Source of the DNA: Bacteroidota bacterium | GTDB lineage: Bacteria; Bacteroidota; Bacteroidia; Flavobacteriales_F; PHOS-HE28 | Direction of reading: 5' to 3' | DNA length: 64,000 nt | Assembly (NCBI GenBank): GCA_963169535.1 | Contig: CAUJED010000104.1 | Coordinates: forward strand, 4,537-68,536 | Shown here: positions 1 to 9,076 of the stretch, piece after piece | Numbering within the stretch: the stretch's first letter is position 1 | Layout of the letters: every line of letters begins with the position of its first letter | Notes under the pieces: model-generated | What the model was told of the DNA's origin: nothing | The model's input: only the letters and a program-made list of their open reading frames with translations | The model's database searches: none | Position numbers and translations under genes: made by a program

Positions 1-25
1 CGCGGGATGCAGCGATCGCAAGCAT

Positions 26-3000
26 GTGAAACTCGCTGTCGCACCCGGTCGGCATGAGCTCCGCGCTGCGGCAGGCCTTCAGGCCTACATGTTCGGGACC
101 GGGTATGGGGAAAGCTACGGGGCCAGTATCCATGATGTGAGGTCGGTGCCCGTACCCCAGGACTCCATCGTGTGTGGTGGCGGCCCCATCACGTTGAACG
201 CTCCGGAGCCGCTGAACAACCCGGTTTGGACGGAGGCGGCGTCACCTTCCACCGTGTTGGCCACGGGCCTTTCCTATGCGTTCACTCCCGTACAGACCGG
301 TAGTTACACCGTTTCGGGCACCTCGCCCTTGAGCGGATGCCCACGGAGCTTCACCTACCATGTGGGGCTGCCCCTCACCATTCCGACCTGGCTCACGGCG
401 AACGACGAGCCGGAGATCACCATCTGCCAGTATAGCTCAGTGCAATTGGCCTTGGTGCCACCACCGGATCCGGCGTGGTTCGAGATGCAATGGACGCCAG
501 CGTTCTCCTTGAGCAACGACACCATCGCCGACCCCATCGCCACACCAATGTCGACCACATGGTACCGGGCCCGGGTGTTCAGCCCGAGTGGTTGTGGGAA
601 CCTGGATGACAGTATCCGCGTGAATGTGATCCCGGCGAGCATCGTGGAACTGGAGACCACGGTACAACCTGCTGCCATTTGCGTAGGTCAGACCGTTCAG
701 CTGGGGAGCAAGGCACTGCGTGCACTGGCCATGGACCTGTTCGATGGCGCACCCGGCAGCAGTTGGACCGCGATCCAGGGCGGGGTGGTCAGCGATGTCT
801 GTGGTAGCCATAGTGGGAAGGCGCTCTACTTCAACGGCGCGGGCCAGCGTTATGCGCAGACCACCGCGTTCAACACCATTGGTGGAGGCAAGCTTAGGTT
901 CCAATTGAAGGTCGCCACAGGAACGGCGCCATGTGACGATGCCGACATCGGCGAGGATATCGTGCTGGAGTATTCGACCAACAACGGAATCAACTGGACC
1001 TTGATCTCGACCTATGACGAAAGTGGATACCCGGCCTTCACGCCGATCGATGAGAGCATCCCTGTGGGTGCGCAGCACACGACCGCGATGTTCCGGCTGC
1101 GCCAGCTTTCGCACAATGGTGCCGGCCACGACAATTGGGCCATCGACGATTTCCTGATCGGTCGGTATGATGATGCATATCTCAGCTATGCGTGGAACGG
1201 ACCTGGGCCGTTGAACAACGCCGGCTTGTACAACCCCGTAGCCACGCCAACCACTTCCGGCTGGTACGTGCTCAATGCCACCGATCCCGCGGGAGGTTGT
1301 GTCTACCAGGATTCGGTGTACGTCCGGGTCGATCCCGCGTTCAGCATCGCGGTCACACCGAACACCACGCTCTGTGCAGTGGCAGGCACGCCGATCACCG
1401 CCACCCCTTCCTCCGGATCCGGCATCACCTACGCATGGTCGCCGAACAACGGCACCCTGAGTGCCACCAACGTGCAGTCGCCAACGGCCACACCGGTCAC
1501 CACCACCACGTACGGTGTCGTGGCCACAACGGACATCGGCTGCACGGCCTCGGGCCAGGTCACCATCACCGTGGGGCAGTTGCTCAGCATGGATGTGAGC
1601 GCTTCCAACGATACGCTGTGCCAGGGCCAGTCCGTTCAGTTGCATGCCGTGGCCGATGGTGGTTCGGGCCTCACCTACGCCTGGACCGGTGCCGGCCTCT
1701 CGAGCACCAGCATCCCCGATCCCGTGGCCACATCCACGCAGACCACGACCTACACCTGCACGGTAACGCACACGGCAAGTGGTTGTCAGCTGAGCCAAAG
1801 TGTGACCGTCGTGGTGACCACCGGGTACACCGCCAATGCCGGACCGGATCTGACGCTCTGCTCCACGTTGGGCCACCAGCTCGCTGTACAGCACAACGTG
1901 CCGAACCCGCACTACACGTGGACACCGGCGGCCGCACTGAACGCCGCGAACATCGCCGCGCCCACGATCATGGTCGAAGGGAGCGCCACCTATGCGGTGA
2001 CCATCACCGATGCCAACGGGTGTAGTGTGAGCGATGAAGTGGTGATCACACGGGCTTTCGCTGGCGTGCCGGCGCAGGCCACGGCCAGTGCCTGTGCGAG
2101 CACTCCACCCACGATCACCGCACCGGCCACGGGCGCCAGCTACATCTGGTCCACGGGCCAACACACCGCCAGTATCGTACCTGCCGTTTCCGGTCCGCAT
2201 ACCGTGACGGTGACCGATGCGCAGGGATGCGAGGTCTCCACCACCTTCCAGGTAACGTTGCACCCGATGCCCGTGGTCGATCTGGGTCCGGACGTTTCCC
2301 TGTGCGGGGTCGGCCAATATGGCCTGAACGCTGGGAATTCGGGCAGTGCGTTCGCTTGGAACACCGGGGCTACCGGCCAACAGTTGATGGTGACCACCAG
2401 CGGGACCTACTCCGTACAGGTGACCTCCCCGTACGGGTGCGTTGGCAGCGATGCCGTTTCGGTGGCCTTGAACCCGTTACCCACCGATGTGCTGGCGGAT
2501 GTGAGCAGCTGCATCACCTCGCCGGTGATACTGAACGCGGGGAATGCCGGAGCGACCTACACCTGGAGCATCGGGGCCACCACGCAGAGCATACAGCCCT
2601 TGGCCAGCGGCACGTATAGCGTGACCGTGACCACCGCGCAGCAATGTTCGGCCACCTTCGATGCCGTGGTCGATCTGCTTCCCGAAGTACACGTGGATCT
2701 GGGGCCTGACACCACGGTCTGCGCTGGGAGTACGGTCACCTTGGACGCCGGCAACCCTGGAGCGAGCTATACCTGGAACACGGGAGCGACCACACGAACG
2801 ATCACCACGACGAGCGCTGGGACATACTCCGTCACGGTGAGCAATGCGGCATGCAGTGCCACCGATCAGCGCACCATCCAGGTGCGCTCACTGCCCGCGG
2901 ACCTGTTGGAGGATGCGACACGGTGCATCGGCGAGAGTGTCACCCTCGATGCGGGTATCGATGAGGTGACCTACGTATGGAGCAATGGCGGAACCGGCCG

Positions 3001-3814
3001 TACGATCCAGGTGCAACAGGGTGGAACGTATACGGTCACCCTCACCGACGACATCGGTTGTTCGGCGACGTATGACGCCGTGGTGCAGTTCGTACCTCCT
3101 CCGGTCGTGGAACTTGGGCCAGATACGGTGCTCTGCGATGGTGAGGTGCTCCTTCTGGACGCGGGCGTTCCCGGCGCCACGTACATATGGAACACTGGTG
3201 CCACCACACGGACCATACCTGTAAGGAGTGCGGGCGTTCACAGCGTTCAGGTGAGCAATGGGTCGTGCCAGCGTACCGATTCCATCAGCGTAGGCTTCAA
3301 TCCCTCTCCGGTTCAAATGGCGACCCGACAGTTCCGCACCTGCCTCGGCGAGGAGGAGCATTTCGTACGGATCGATGCCGGCAACACCGGATCGCGGTAC
3401 GACTGGAGCACAGGTGAGCATTCACGGGTGATCCTCGCAGGTGCCTATGGTTGGTACGTGGTGGAAGTGACCAACCAGTTCGATTGTGCGGCGCGCGATT
3501 CCGCAGAGGTGGTCGAATATTGCCCCTCGGCCATCTTCGTGCCGAACACGTTCACCCCGAACGGCGACGGGACGAACGACATCTTCATTCCCGTGGGGAA
3601 GAACATCGCGAGCATGCATCTCTGGGTCTTCGACCGTTGGGGGAACCTGCTCTTTGAGAGTGATGATCCGACCATGGGTTGGGATGGCACCTACGCGGGA
3701 TCCATCGTGAAGAACGACATCTATGTGTGGCGGTTGAGCTACAAGTTCCAGGAAAAGGATGGAACGCTCGGCATGGAGCAGGAGCAAATGGGACACATCC
3801 AGGTGTTGCGGTGA
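26..3814 (+). CDS. Large secreted adhesin-like protein with tandem Ig-like/SprB-type modules and a T9SS type-B (gliding-motility-associated, CHU_C-like) C-terminal domain. Probably 5'-truncated by the window edge.
   Basis: 1262-aa ORF. The frame is open back to nt 2, so the GTG at 26 need not be the start. The module pattern DLGPD..C.G..V.L.AG..GA.Y.W.TGATT..I.V...G.Y.V.V....C...D recurs many times. The C-terminus IFVPNTFTPNGDGTNDIFIPVG...WVFDRWGNLLF...GWDGTY is the gliding-motility CTD signature. Confidence 0.8.
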   Translation: MKLAVAPGRHELRAAAGLQAYMFGTGYGESYGASIHDVRSVPVPQDSIVCGGGPITLNAPEPLNNPVWTEAASPSTVLATGLSYAFTPVQTGSYTVSGTSPLSGCPRSFTYHVGLPLTIPTWLTANDEPEITICQYSSVQLALVPPPDPAWFEMQWTPAFSLSNDTIADPIATPMSTTWYRARVFSPSGCGNLDDSIRVNVIPASIVELETTVQPAAICVGQTVQLGSKALRALAMDLFDGAPGSSWTAIQGGVVSDVCGSHSGKALYFNGAGQRYAQTTAFNTIGGGKLRFQLKVATGTAPCDDADIGEDIVLEYSTNNGINWTLISTYDESGYPAFTPIDESIPVGAQHTTAMFRLRQLSHNGAGHDNWAIDDFLIGRYDDAYLSYAWNGPGPLNNAGLYNPVATPTTSGWYVLNATDPAGGCVYQDSVYVRVDPAFSIAVTPNTTLCAVAGTPITATPSSGSGITYAWSPNNGTLSATNVQSPTATPVTTTTYGVVATTDIGCTASGQVTITVGQLLSMDVSASNDTLCQGQSVQLHAVADGGSGLTYAWTGAGLSSTSIPDPVATSTQTTTYTCTVTHTASGCQLSQSVTVVVTTGYTANAGPDLTLCSTLGHQLAVQHNVPNPHYTWTPAAALNAANIAAPTIMVEGSATYAVTITDANGCSVSDEVVITRAFAGVPAQATASACASTPPTITAPATGASYIWSTGQHTASIVPAVSGPHTVTVTDAQGCEVSTTFQVTLHPMPVVDLGPDVSLCGVGQYGLNAGNSGSAFAWNTGATGQQLMVTTSGTYSVQVTSPYGCVGSDAVSVALNPLPTDVLADVSSCITSPVILNAGNAGATYTWSIGATTQSIQPLASGTYSVTVTTAQQCSATFDAVVDLLPEVHVDLGPDTTVCAGSTVTLDAGNPGASYTWNTGATTRTITTTSAGTYSVTVSNAACSATDQRTIQVRSLPADLLEDATRCIGESVTLDAGIDEVTYVWSNGGTGRTIQVQQGGTYTVTLTDDIGCSATYDAVVQFVPPPVVELGPDTVLCDGEVLLLDAGVPGATYIWNTGATTRTIPVRSAGVHSVQVSNGSCQRTDSISVGFNPSPVQMATRQFRTCLGEEEHFVRIDAGNTGSRYDWSTGEHSRVILAGAYGWYVVEVTNQFDCAARDSAEVVEYCPSAIFVPNTFTPNGDGTNDIFIPVGKNIASMHLWVFDRWGNLLFESDDPTMGWDGTYAGSIVKNDIYVWRLSYKFQEKDGTLGMEQEQMGHIQVLR

Positions 3815-3866
3815 CCGCTACGGCAGCGGTCTTCCTACGAAGAAGGAGACCCTGTTGACCGCGTTA

Positions 3867-4730
3867 TCAGTCGCGTATGACGAACATGTCGGCGTCCACC
3901 AGCACCGGGAACTTCGCGCGGAATTCGGCGAGTGCTTTCCAGTCCAATCGGATGGTCTCCAGGCCCTCCTGCGAAGGCTCCACACGGGAGATCACTTCAC
4001 CCTTGGGGTCTACGACGACACTGTCGCCGCTGTACGGAAGGCCGTTCCCATCCTTGCCCACGCGGTTCACGCCCGCGACATAGCATTGATTCTCGATGGC
4101 CCGTGCCAGCAGCAACGTATTCCACGGATGGCGCCGCACTTCGGGCCAGTTGGCCACGTAGAGCGCGAGATCGTAAGGTGGCTGCGTATCGTTGCGCGAG
4201 AACACCGGGAAGCGCAGGTCGAAGCAGATCTGCAAGAGGATCCGCCACCCCCGGCACTCCACCACGTTGCCATCCCCACCCCGTGTATAATGGTCGTTCT
4301 CCTTGGCGAAGCGGAAGAGATGCCGTTTGTCGTAAGTCTCCACTTCGCCATCGGGCTTCACGAACAGGCCACGGTTGTAATACTTCCCTTTCTCCTTGAT
4401 GATGGCGCTGCCGTAGATCGCCGCGTCCAGTGCCTTGGCCTGTTCACGCATCCATTGCACCGTGGCCCCTTTCATCGTTTCGGCGAGTTCACGGCTGCGC
4501 ATGCTGAACCCGGTGGTGAACATCTCAGGCAGCACGATGAGGTCCGTACGGCCCTTCAATGGGACCAGCTTCTTGGTGAACATCCGACGGTTGGCCGCGG
4601 CATCTTCCCAATGGAGTTCGCTTTGCACGATGGTAAGTCGGAGGCCTTTCTTGGCCTTGCGCACGCGCTTGGCCTCCGCCTTCTCCTCTTGGAGCCTGTA
4701 TCGCTCCAACCGTTCCATCAAACCCGACAT
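3867..4730 (-). CDS. Carbon-nitrogen hydrolase family protein, omega-amidase (YafV/Nit2-like)
   Basis: The nitrilase-superfamily Glu-Lys-Cys triad contexts are visible: LIVLPEMFTTGF, YDKRHLFRF, LLQICFDLRFP. It overlaps the upstream aminotransferase stop by 13 nt. The true start may be slightly downstream of 4730. Confidence 0.8.
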   Translation of the reverse strand: MSGLMERLERYRLQEEKAEAKRVRKAKKGLRLTIVQSELHWEDAAANRRMFTKKLVPLKGRTDLIVLPEMFTTGFSMRSRELAETMKGATVQWMREQAKALDAAIYGSAIIKEKGKYYNRGLFVKPDGEVETYDKRHLFRFAKENDHYTRGGDGNVVECRGWRILLQICFDLRFPVFSRNDTQPPYDLALYVANWPEVRRHPWNTLLLARAIENQCYVAGVNRVGKDGNGLPYSGDSVVVDPKGEVISRVEPSQEGLETIRLDWKALAEFRAKFPVLVDADMFVIRD

Positions 4731-5860
4731 AGCTTTTCGATCGCAGCGTCCAAGGTACGGTCTTGTTTCGCGAAGCAGAAACGTAGCAGGTGTTGCCCGG
4801 TCGGTGGTTCTTTGTAGAACGGCGAAAGCGGGATCGTCGCTACACCGAATGCTCTTGCCAAGTGCTCCGCGAACGCGAGGTCGTTCTGATCGCTGATCGC
4901 GCTGTAGTCCGCCGTCTGGAAGTAGGAGCCCTCGCAGCGCAACAACTTGAAACGGGAATTCGCCATGCCCGTGGCGAACCGGTCGCGCTTGGCCTGGTAG
5001 AAGGCTGGGACCTGTTCGTAGTTCTCGGGCTCCTTCATGTACTCGGCCAATGCCACCTGCTGCGGTGTATGCACACTGAACACATTGAACTGGTGCACCT
5101 TGCGGAACTCGGCCATCAACTCCCTCGGCGCGAGCGCATAGCCCATTTTCCAGCCCGTGGTGTGGAAGACCTTGCCAAAGCTGAAGATCACGAAGGCGCG
5201 TTCCCGCAGGTCCGGATGATGGATCACCGAAGCGTGCGCCTCCCCATCGAAGACCAAGTGCTCGTACACCTCGTCGCTCAGGAGGATGATGTTCGTACCA
5301 CGCAGCATTTCAGCGATGCGGCGCATGTCCGCATCGCGCAGGATCGCACCCGCCGGGTTATGCGGGGTGTTGATCATGAGCATGCGCGTGCGCGGAGTGA
5401 TGGCAGCCTTCACAGCATCCGCATCGAACCGCATATCGGTGCCCAAGCGAACATGCACCGATTTGCCGCCGAATAGCTCCACCGTGGGTGCGTAGCAGTC
5501 GTAGGCCGGGTCCACGATGATCACCTCATCACCGGGATGCACCACCGCACCGATGGCCGTGAAGATGGCCTGCGTGCCGCCGGCGGTAACGGTGACTTCC
5601 GTGTCCGGATCATAGCTGAAGCCATAGAGCCTTTGCACCTTGGCGGCGATCGCCTCGCGGAGAGCAGGCAGGCCGGGCATGGGCGCATACTGGTTGTGGC
5701 CGGCCTTCATCGCGGCATCGACCAACGCGCTCAACCTACTGTCGATCGGGAAATCCGGGAATCCCTGGCTGAGGTTGATGGCGCCGCACTCCTGCGCCAA
5801 CCTGCTCATCACCGTGAAGATGGTGGTGCCTACGCGGGGTAGTTTACTATGAATGGCCAT
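4718..5860 (-). CDS. Class I/II PLP-dependent aminotransferase (YbdL / glutamine-transaminase-K-like)
   Basis: 380 aa. N-terminus TIFTVMSRLAQECGAINLSQGFPDFP, and a PLP-lysine context IFSFGKVFHTTGWKMGY, are typical of methionine/kynurenine-type aminotransferases. Confidence 0.8.
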   Translation of the reverse strand: MAIHSKLPRVGTTIFTVMSRLAQECGAINLSQGFPDFPIDSRLSALVDAAMKAGHNQYAPMPGLPALREAIAAKVQRLYGFSYDPDTEVTVTAGGTQAIFTAIGAVVHPGDEVIIVDPAYDCYAPTVELFGGKSVHVRLGTDMRFDADAVKAAITPRTRMLMINTPHNPAGAILRDADMRRIAEMLRGTNIILLSDEVYEHLVFDGEAHASVIHHPDLRERAFVIFSFGKVFHTTGWKMGYALAPRELMAEFRKVHQFNVFSVHTPQQVALAEYMKEPENYEQVPAFYQAKRDRFATGMANSRFKLLRCEGSYFQTADYSAISDQNDLAFAEHLARAFGVATIPLSPFYKEPPTGQHLLRFCFAKQDRTLDAAIEKLCRV

Positions 5861-6217
5861 TCACGGAGCGGGAGGAAGAGTAGCCAGTAACCGAAGGATC
5901 GCCTGTTTCAATGGACCAAGATCGTTGGTCACCGTGCTCCAGACCGTTGGAATGTCCACACGGTAATAGTCATGCACAAGCACGTGCCGCATAAACACGA
6001 CTTGTTTCCATGGAATGGCCGGTTCAGCATCCAGCGTCTCTTGAGCGATCCGTGAAGCCGCTTCTCCGATCACCTCTAACTGTTTCACCACCGCAAAGCG
6101 CAGCATCGCATCCTGGGCAAGGTCCTCAATGGATCGAGCCATCATGAAACCTTCGATCAACTCGACGGCTTCCAGGATGTGCTGGACGCGGATGCGGTCA
6201 CCGAGCCTGTCGCGCAT
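5861..6217 (-). CDS. hepT: HepT-like (DUF86) toxin of a type VII nucleotidyltransferase toxin-antitoxin pair
   Basis: 118 aa with the Rx4HxY motif (RHVLVHDYY). It overlaps the upstream MNT gene by 20 nt. Its stop codon directly abuts the ATG of the aminotransferase. Confidence 0.8.
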   Translation of the reverse strand: MRDRLGDRIRVQHILEAVELIEGFMMARSIEDLAQDAMLRFAVVKQLEVIGEAASRIAQETLDAEPAIPWKQVVFMRHVLVHDYYRVDIPTVWSTVTNDLGPLKQAILRLLATLPPAP

Positions 6218-6500
6218 AGATCGGAAGGAGGTCGCGCTTCACGTACTTCTCCACATGCGGTGAAAGCGCCTCACGGGTGACCACATCGACCTGCCTGCCC
6301 AGCAGTTCCTGAAGGTCCCCGATCATGCCGAAGAAGCCCAAACCGAAGGGCACCGAGCGGTCCAAGTCCACAAGGATGTCCACATCGCTCTGCTCATCAG
6401 CTTCGCCGCGCGCGAACGAGCCGAAGAGGTAGGCGTGTACCACCGGCTTCGTGGCGAAGTAGGCCCGCAGTCCTTCGATCTGTTCGGGTGTCAACCGCAT
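6198..6500 (-). CDS. mntA: MntA-like minimal nucleotidyltransferase antitoxin
   Basis: 100 aa with the GSxxRG...DxD nucleotidyltransferase motif (LFGSFARGEADEQSDVDILVDL). It is the upstream, overlapping partner of the HepT gene. Confidence 0.8.
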   Translation of the reverse strand: MRLTPEQIEGLRAYFATKPVVHAYLFGSFARGEADEQSDVDILVDLDRSVPFGLGFFGMIGDLQELLGRQVDVVTREALSPHVEKYVKRDLLPIYARQAR

Positions 6501-6854
6501 ACCTCAAAGGTAGCGGCTTCCGTGATGCTGGTGGCAAACGGACAGGCGGAAGGTCGATCGGCGGATGGCATGGACCCCATCCTGCTATCGTGGAGTTGGA
6601 ATACAGGTCCGTGGTCAAGCTCAGTGGTCTGCTATGCGAGCCCCCTTGAAGGCCCGAACACGGCGATGAACTCCGCCGGGGTGACAATGGCGTTCTGCCA
6701 ATTTAGCAATGGACCCTACCGACCCAAGAGCATCAGGGGCTCCTCCACCGTCTGGAGAGCCTACCGAGGTTTGAAGCCTATCTGCAATGCATCTGAATTC
6801 GCATCATCCGGCCGTCGATCGTCCGATGGCTAGGAGAAGGACTAGAACAAGAAC

Positions 6855-7349
6855 ATGGGAACGAGCAACTATGAGCGTAACGTCCTTCCAACCGGTGTCG
6901 TGGAGTTCGTGGTACACCCCGCCGATCTGCCAACGGCCAGCGGAGGTCCGGCCGGGTTTGTCATAAAGCTCATTCCCTTCGGCGCATGGCTGTTCAGATT
7001 GATCCATGAAATGGCATATGAAAAGCCAATGGAGAAGATACGCTCCTCTGGAGGCCGGTTCTCAGTGGATGGGAATGGGATCCGACAGGGTGATGGCGTT
7101 ATGATCCCCAAGGATCGGATACATAGGTTGGTGATCAAGAATAGTGTTACCGATGATCCTCGTTACATCGGGACACATGGCCGTGGCATGCAAGAACATG
7201 CGCGAATGACGGATCTGAACAGAGCCGCTGCGGTGTCGTACACCTTGGTGGCCGAGGCAGCAGGGCAGGGCTACACGCTCGCTGGAGGCATGACAGAGAC
7301 TACGGCTTATGGGTTGATGCAGGATGTGCGGGCAGCACTTGGACAGTAG
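6855..7349 (+). CDS. Hypothetical protein (orphan ORF in a lower-GC islet)
   Basis: 164-aa ORF with protein-like composition and no family I recognise. The local DNA is visibly less GC-rich than the flanks. An internal ATG (MAYEKPMEK...) could be the real start. Confidence 0.35.
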   Translation: MGTSNYERNVLPTGVVEFVVHPADLPTASGGPAGFVIKLIPFGAWLFRLIHEMAYEKPMEKIRSSGGRFSVDGNGIRQGDGVMIPKDRIHRLVIKNSVTDDPRYIGTHGRGMQEHARMTDLNRAAAVSYTLVAEAAGQGYTLAGGMTETTAYGLMQDVRAALGQ

Positions 7350-7613
7350 GAACATGGTCGCCCTCTGTCTTCAATGGGTTTGACCCTGCACCTGCCCGCC
7401 ATTGCCCTCTCTTTTTGACATAGGCGCTTGGCTCAAGTGTATTTCGAGGGTCTTCTATTGGCATGTGCGTGGACGCGCCATGGGAGCCATGTGATCCACC
7501 AACAACAGCCTTATACCCGACATTCGGCGAGGACCTTCGTGCGAAATGCGGGATCGGACTCCTGATGCCGAAATGCTATTGTGTCAAGTCTCGATCCGTG
7601 GGTTCTACGTTGA

Positions 7614-8363
7614 TCACTCCTTCGTCACCGTGGCCACCAAGTACTCCCGGTTCAATCGTGCGATGTTGGCGATGCTGATCTGTTTGGGGCATTCCACTTC
7701 GCAGGCGCCGGTGTTACTGCAGTTGCCGAAGCCCTCCTTGTCCATCTGCTCCACCATGGCCAGCGCACGACGCTTGCGCTCCGGCTTGCCCTGGGGCAGC
7801 AACGACAGTTGGGCCACCTTCGCCGCGGTGAACAGCATGGCACTGCCGTTGGGGCAGGCGGCCACACAGGCGCCGCAGCCGATGCACGTGGCGGCGTCGA
7901 AGGCCTTGTCGGCATCGTCCTTCGGGATCGGAACGGCGTTGCCGTCCACCAGATTGCCGCTGGTGTTCACGCTCACGAAACCGCCTGCCGCTTGGATGCG
8001 GTCGAAGGCGCCGCGATGCACGGCGAGGTCCTTGATCACCGGGAAGGCCGTGCTGCGCCAGGGCTCCACATAGATGGTATCGCCGTCCTTGAACTTGCGC
8101 ATGTGCAGCTGGCAGGTGGTAATGCCCCGGCCCGGTCCGTGCGGCTCGCCGTTGATGAACAGGCTGCACATACCGCAGATGCCCTCGCGGCAATCATGAT
8201 CGAAGGCGATGGGATCCTCGCCCTTGCGCACGAGTTCGTCGTTCAGCACGTCGAGCATCTCGAGGAAGGACATGTCCTCGGAGACATCGTTTACCGGATA
8301 GTCGACGATCCTGCCTTTGTCATTCGGGCCGTTCTGGCGCCAGATCTTGAGTGTGAGTTTCAT
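7614..8363 (-). CDS. sdhB: Succinate dehydrogenase/fumarate reductase iron-sulfur subunit
   Basis: Three Cys clusters are present: [33 protein letters not shown]. 249 aa. Confidence 0.95.
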   Translation of the reverse strand: MKLTLKIWRQNGPNDKGRIVDYPVNDVSEDMSFLEMLDVLNDELVRKGEDPIAFDHDCREGICGMCSLFINGEPHGPGRGITTCQLHMRKFKDGDTIYVEPWRSTAFPVIKDLAVHRGAFDRIQAAGGFVSVNTSGNLVDGNAVPIPKDDADKAFDAATCIGCGACVAACPNGSAMLFTAAKVAQLSLLPQGKPERKRRALAMVEQMDKEGFGNCSNTGACEVECPKQISIANIARLNREYLVATVTKE

Positions 8364-8430
8364 GGTGCGAATGTGATGAGGAGAAGAGGTGATGAAGTGA
8401 CGAAGCAGACCTTGTTCGTGGACCGTTGCA

Positions 8431-8901
8431 TCACCGTTTCTCCAATGAGTTCATGAACCGGAGAAGTCCCGAACTGAGGACGTTCAACATGTTCATCGCG
8501 GGTTCGATATCCTTCCTTTCAACCCACCCACGCCGTGCGGCGATCTCCAACTGGGTCTCCACTTCATGCGCGGAACCGCGTGCGTAGCTCAATCCAAGAA
8601 GCAGATAGCCCCGTTTGTTGCGCCCCCAACCCTCGGCAATATTCGAAGGCACGGATACGGAGGCACGCCGCACTTGGGTAGTGAGTCCATAGTGCTCCTC
8701 CTTCGGGAACCGCGCACTGAGTTCGTAGACCCGGTCAACAAGGTCTATCCCCTGCTGCCAGACCCGGAAATCCCGGAAGTGCGACACGTAGCCTTTTCCC
8801 TCTGGTTCGGAAACCTGCGAAACAGCCTCCCCGATCTCGAAATATCCGGTCGGGTCCCAATCCTGATCCTTCAGGCTATAACGTACCGGCTCTTCACTCA
8901 T
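8431..8901 (-). CDS. Four-helix-bundle protein of the 23S-rRNA-intervening-sequence / Avd family, inserted between sdhA and sdhB
   Basis: Family hallmarks are present: [41 protein letters not shown]. The first ~38 codons are atypical, and an in-frame GTG at 8787 (VSHFRDF...) is an alternative start. Confidence 0.8.
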   Translation of the reverse strand: MSEEPVRYSLKDQDWDPTGYFEIGEAVSQVSEPEGKGYVSHFRDFRVWQQGIDLVDRVYELSARFPKEEHYGLTTQVRRASVSVPSNIAEGWGRNKRGYLLLGLSYARGSAHEVETQLEIAARRGWVERKDIEPAMNMLNVLSSGLLRFMNSLEKR

Positions 8902-8915
8902 GGCCTCTCGTTTAC

Positions 8916-9076
8916 GGTTCTTCTCTTCCTTACCTCTTCTCCTCCTCTTCTCCTCCTCTTCTCTTCCTCTTCTCTTCCTCTCTTCTTCACCTCCTCACTT
9001 CTTCACTTCCTCTCTTCTTCACTTCTTCACTTCTTCACTTCTTCTCTTCTTCACTTCTTCTCCCTCTCCCTCTCTC
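8916..9076 (-). repeat. About 160-nt polypurine (coding-strand) / polypyrimidine (+ strand) microsatellite-like tract of GTGAAGAA / GAGGAAGA words
   Basis: The + strand reads almost only C and T, plus the A of CAC (ttcttcacttcttcacttcttcac..., ctcctcttctcctcctcttc...). It fills the whole sdhA-stop to 4HB-start spacer. Confidence 0.9.

Noticed and set aside
437-2380. 647-aa minus-strand ORF, plus many shorter ORFs, overlapping the first adhesin gene
   Set aside because: It is antisense to a gene with clear domain repeats and a T9SS CTD. Its composition is extreme (Arg/Gly/His/Asp-rich, no recognisable motifs), typical of shadow ORFs in GC-rich DNA.
3814-3830. Small hairpin ACCGCT-ACGGC-AGCGGT after the first adhesin gene as a terminator
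   Set aside because: It has only a 6-bp stem overlapping the stop codon and no U-tract. That is too weak to call, although the convergent arrangement means some terminator must exist in 3815-3866.
8431-8901. Diversity-generating retroelement (DGR) implied by the two Avd-family four-helix-bundle genes (also 25346..25756)
   Set aside because: No reverse transcriptase ORF, no template/variable repeat pair with adenine-specific differences, and no C-type-lectin target gene adjacent to either copy. Stand-alone members of the family are common.
8916-9076. Possible CRISPR array suggested by the periodic CTTCACTT repeats
   Set aside because: The period is only about 8-10 nt with no unique spacers of 25-40 nt and no cas genes nearby. 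It is a microsatellite-like low-complexity tract.
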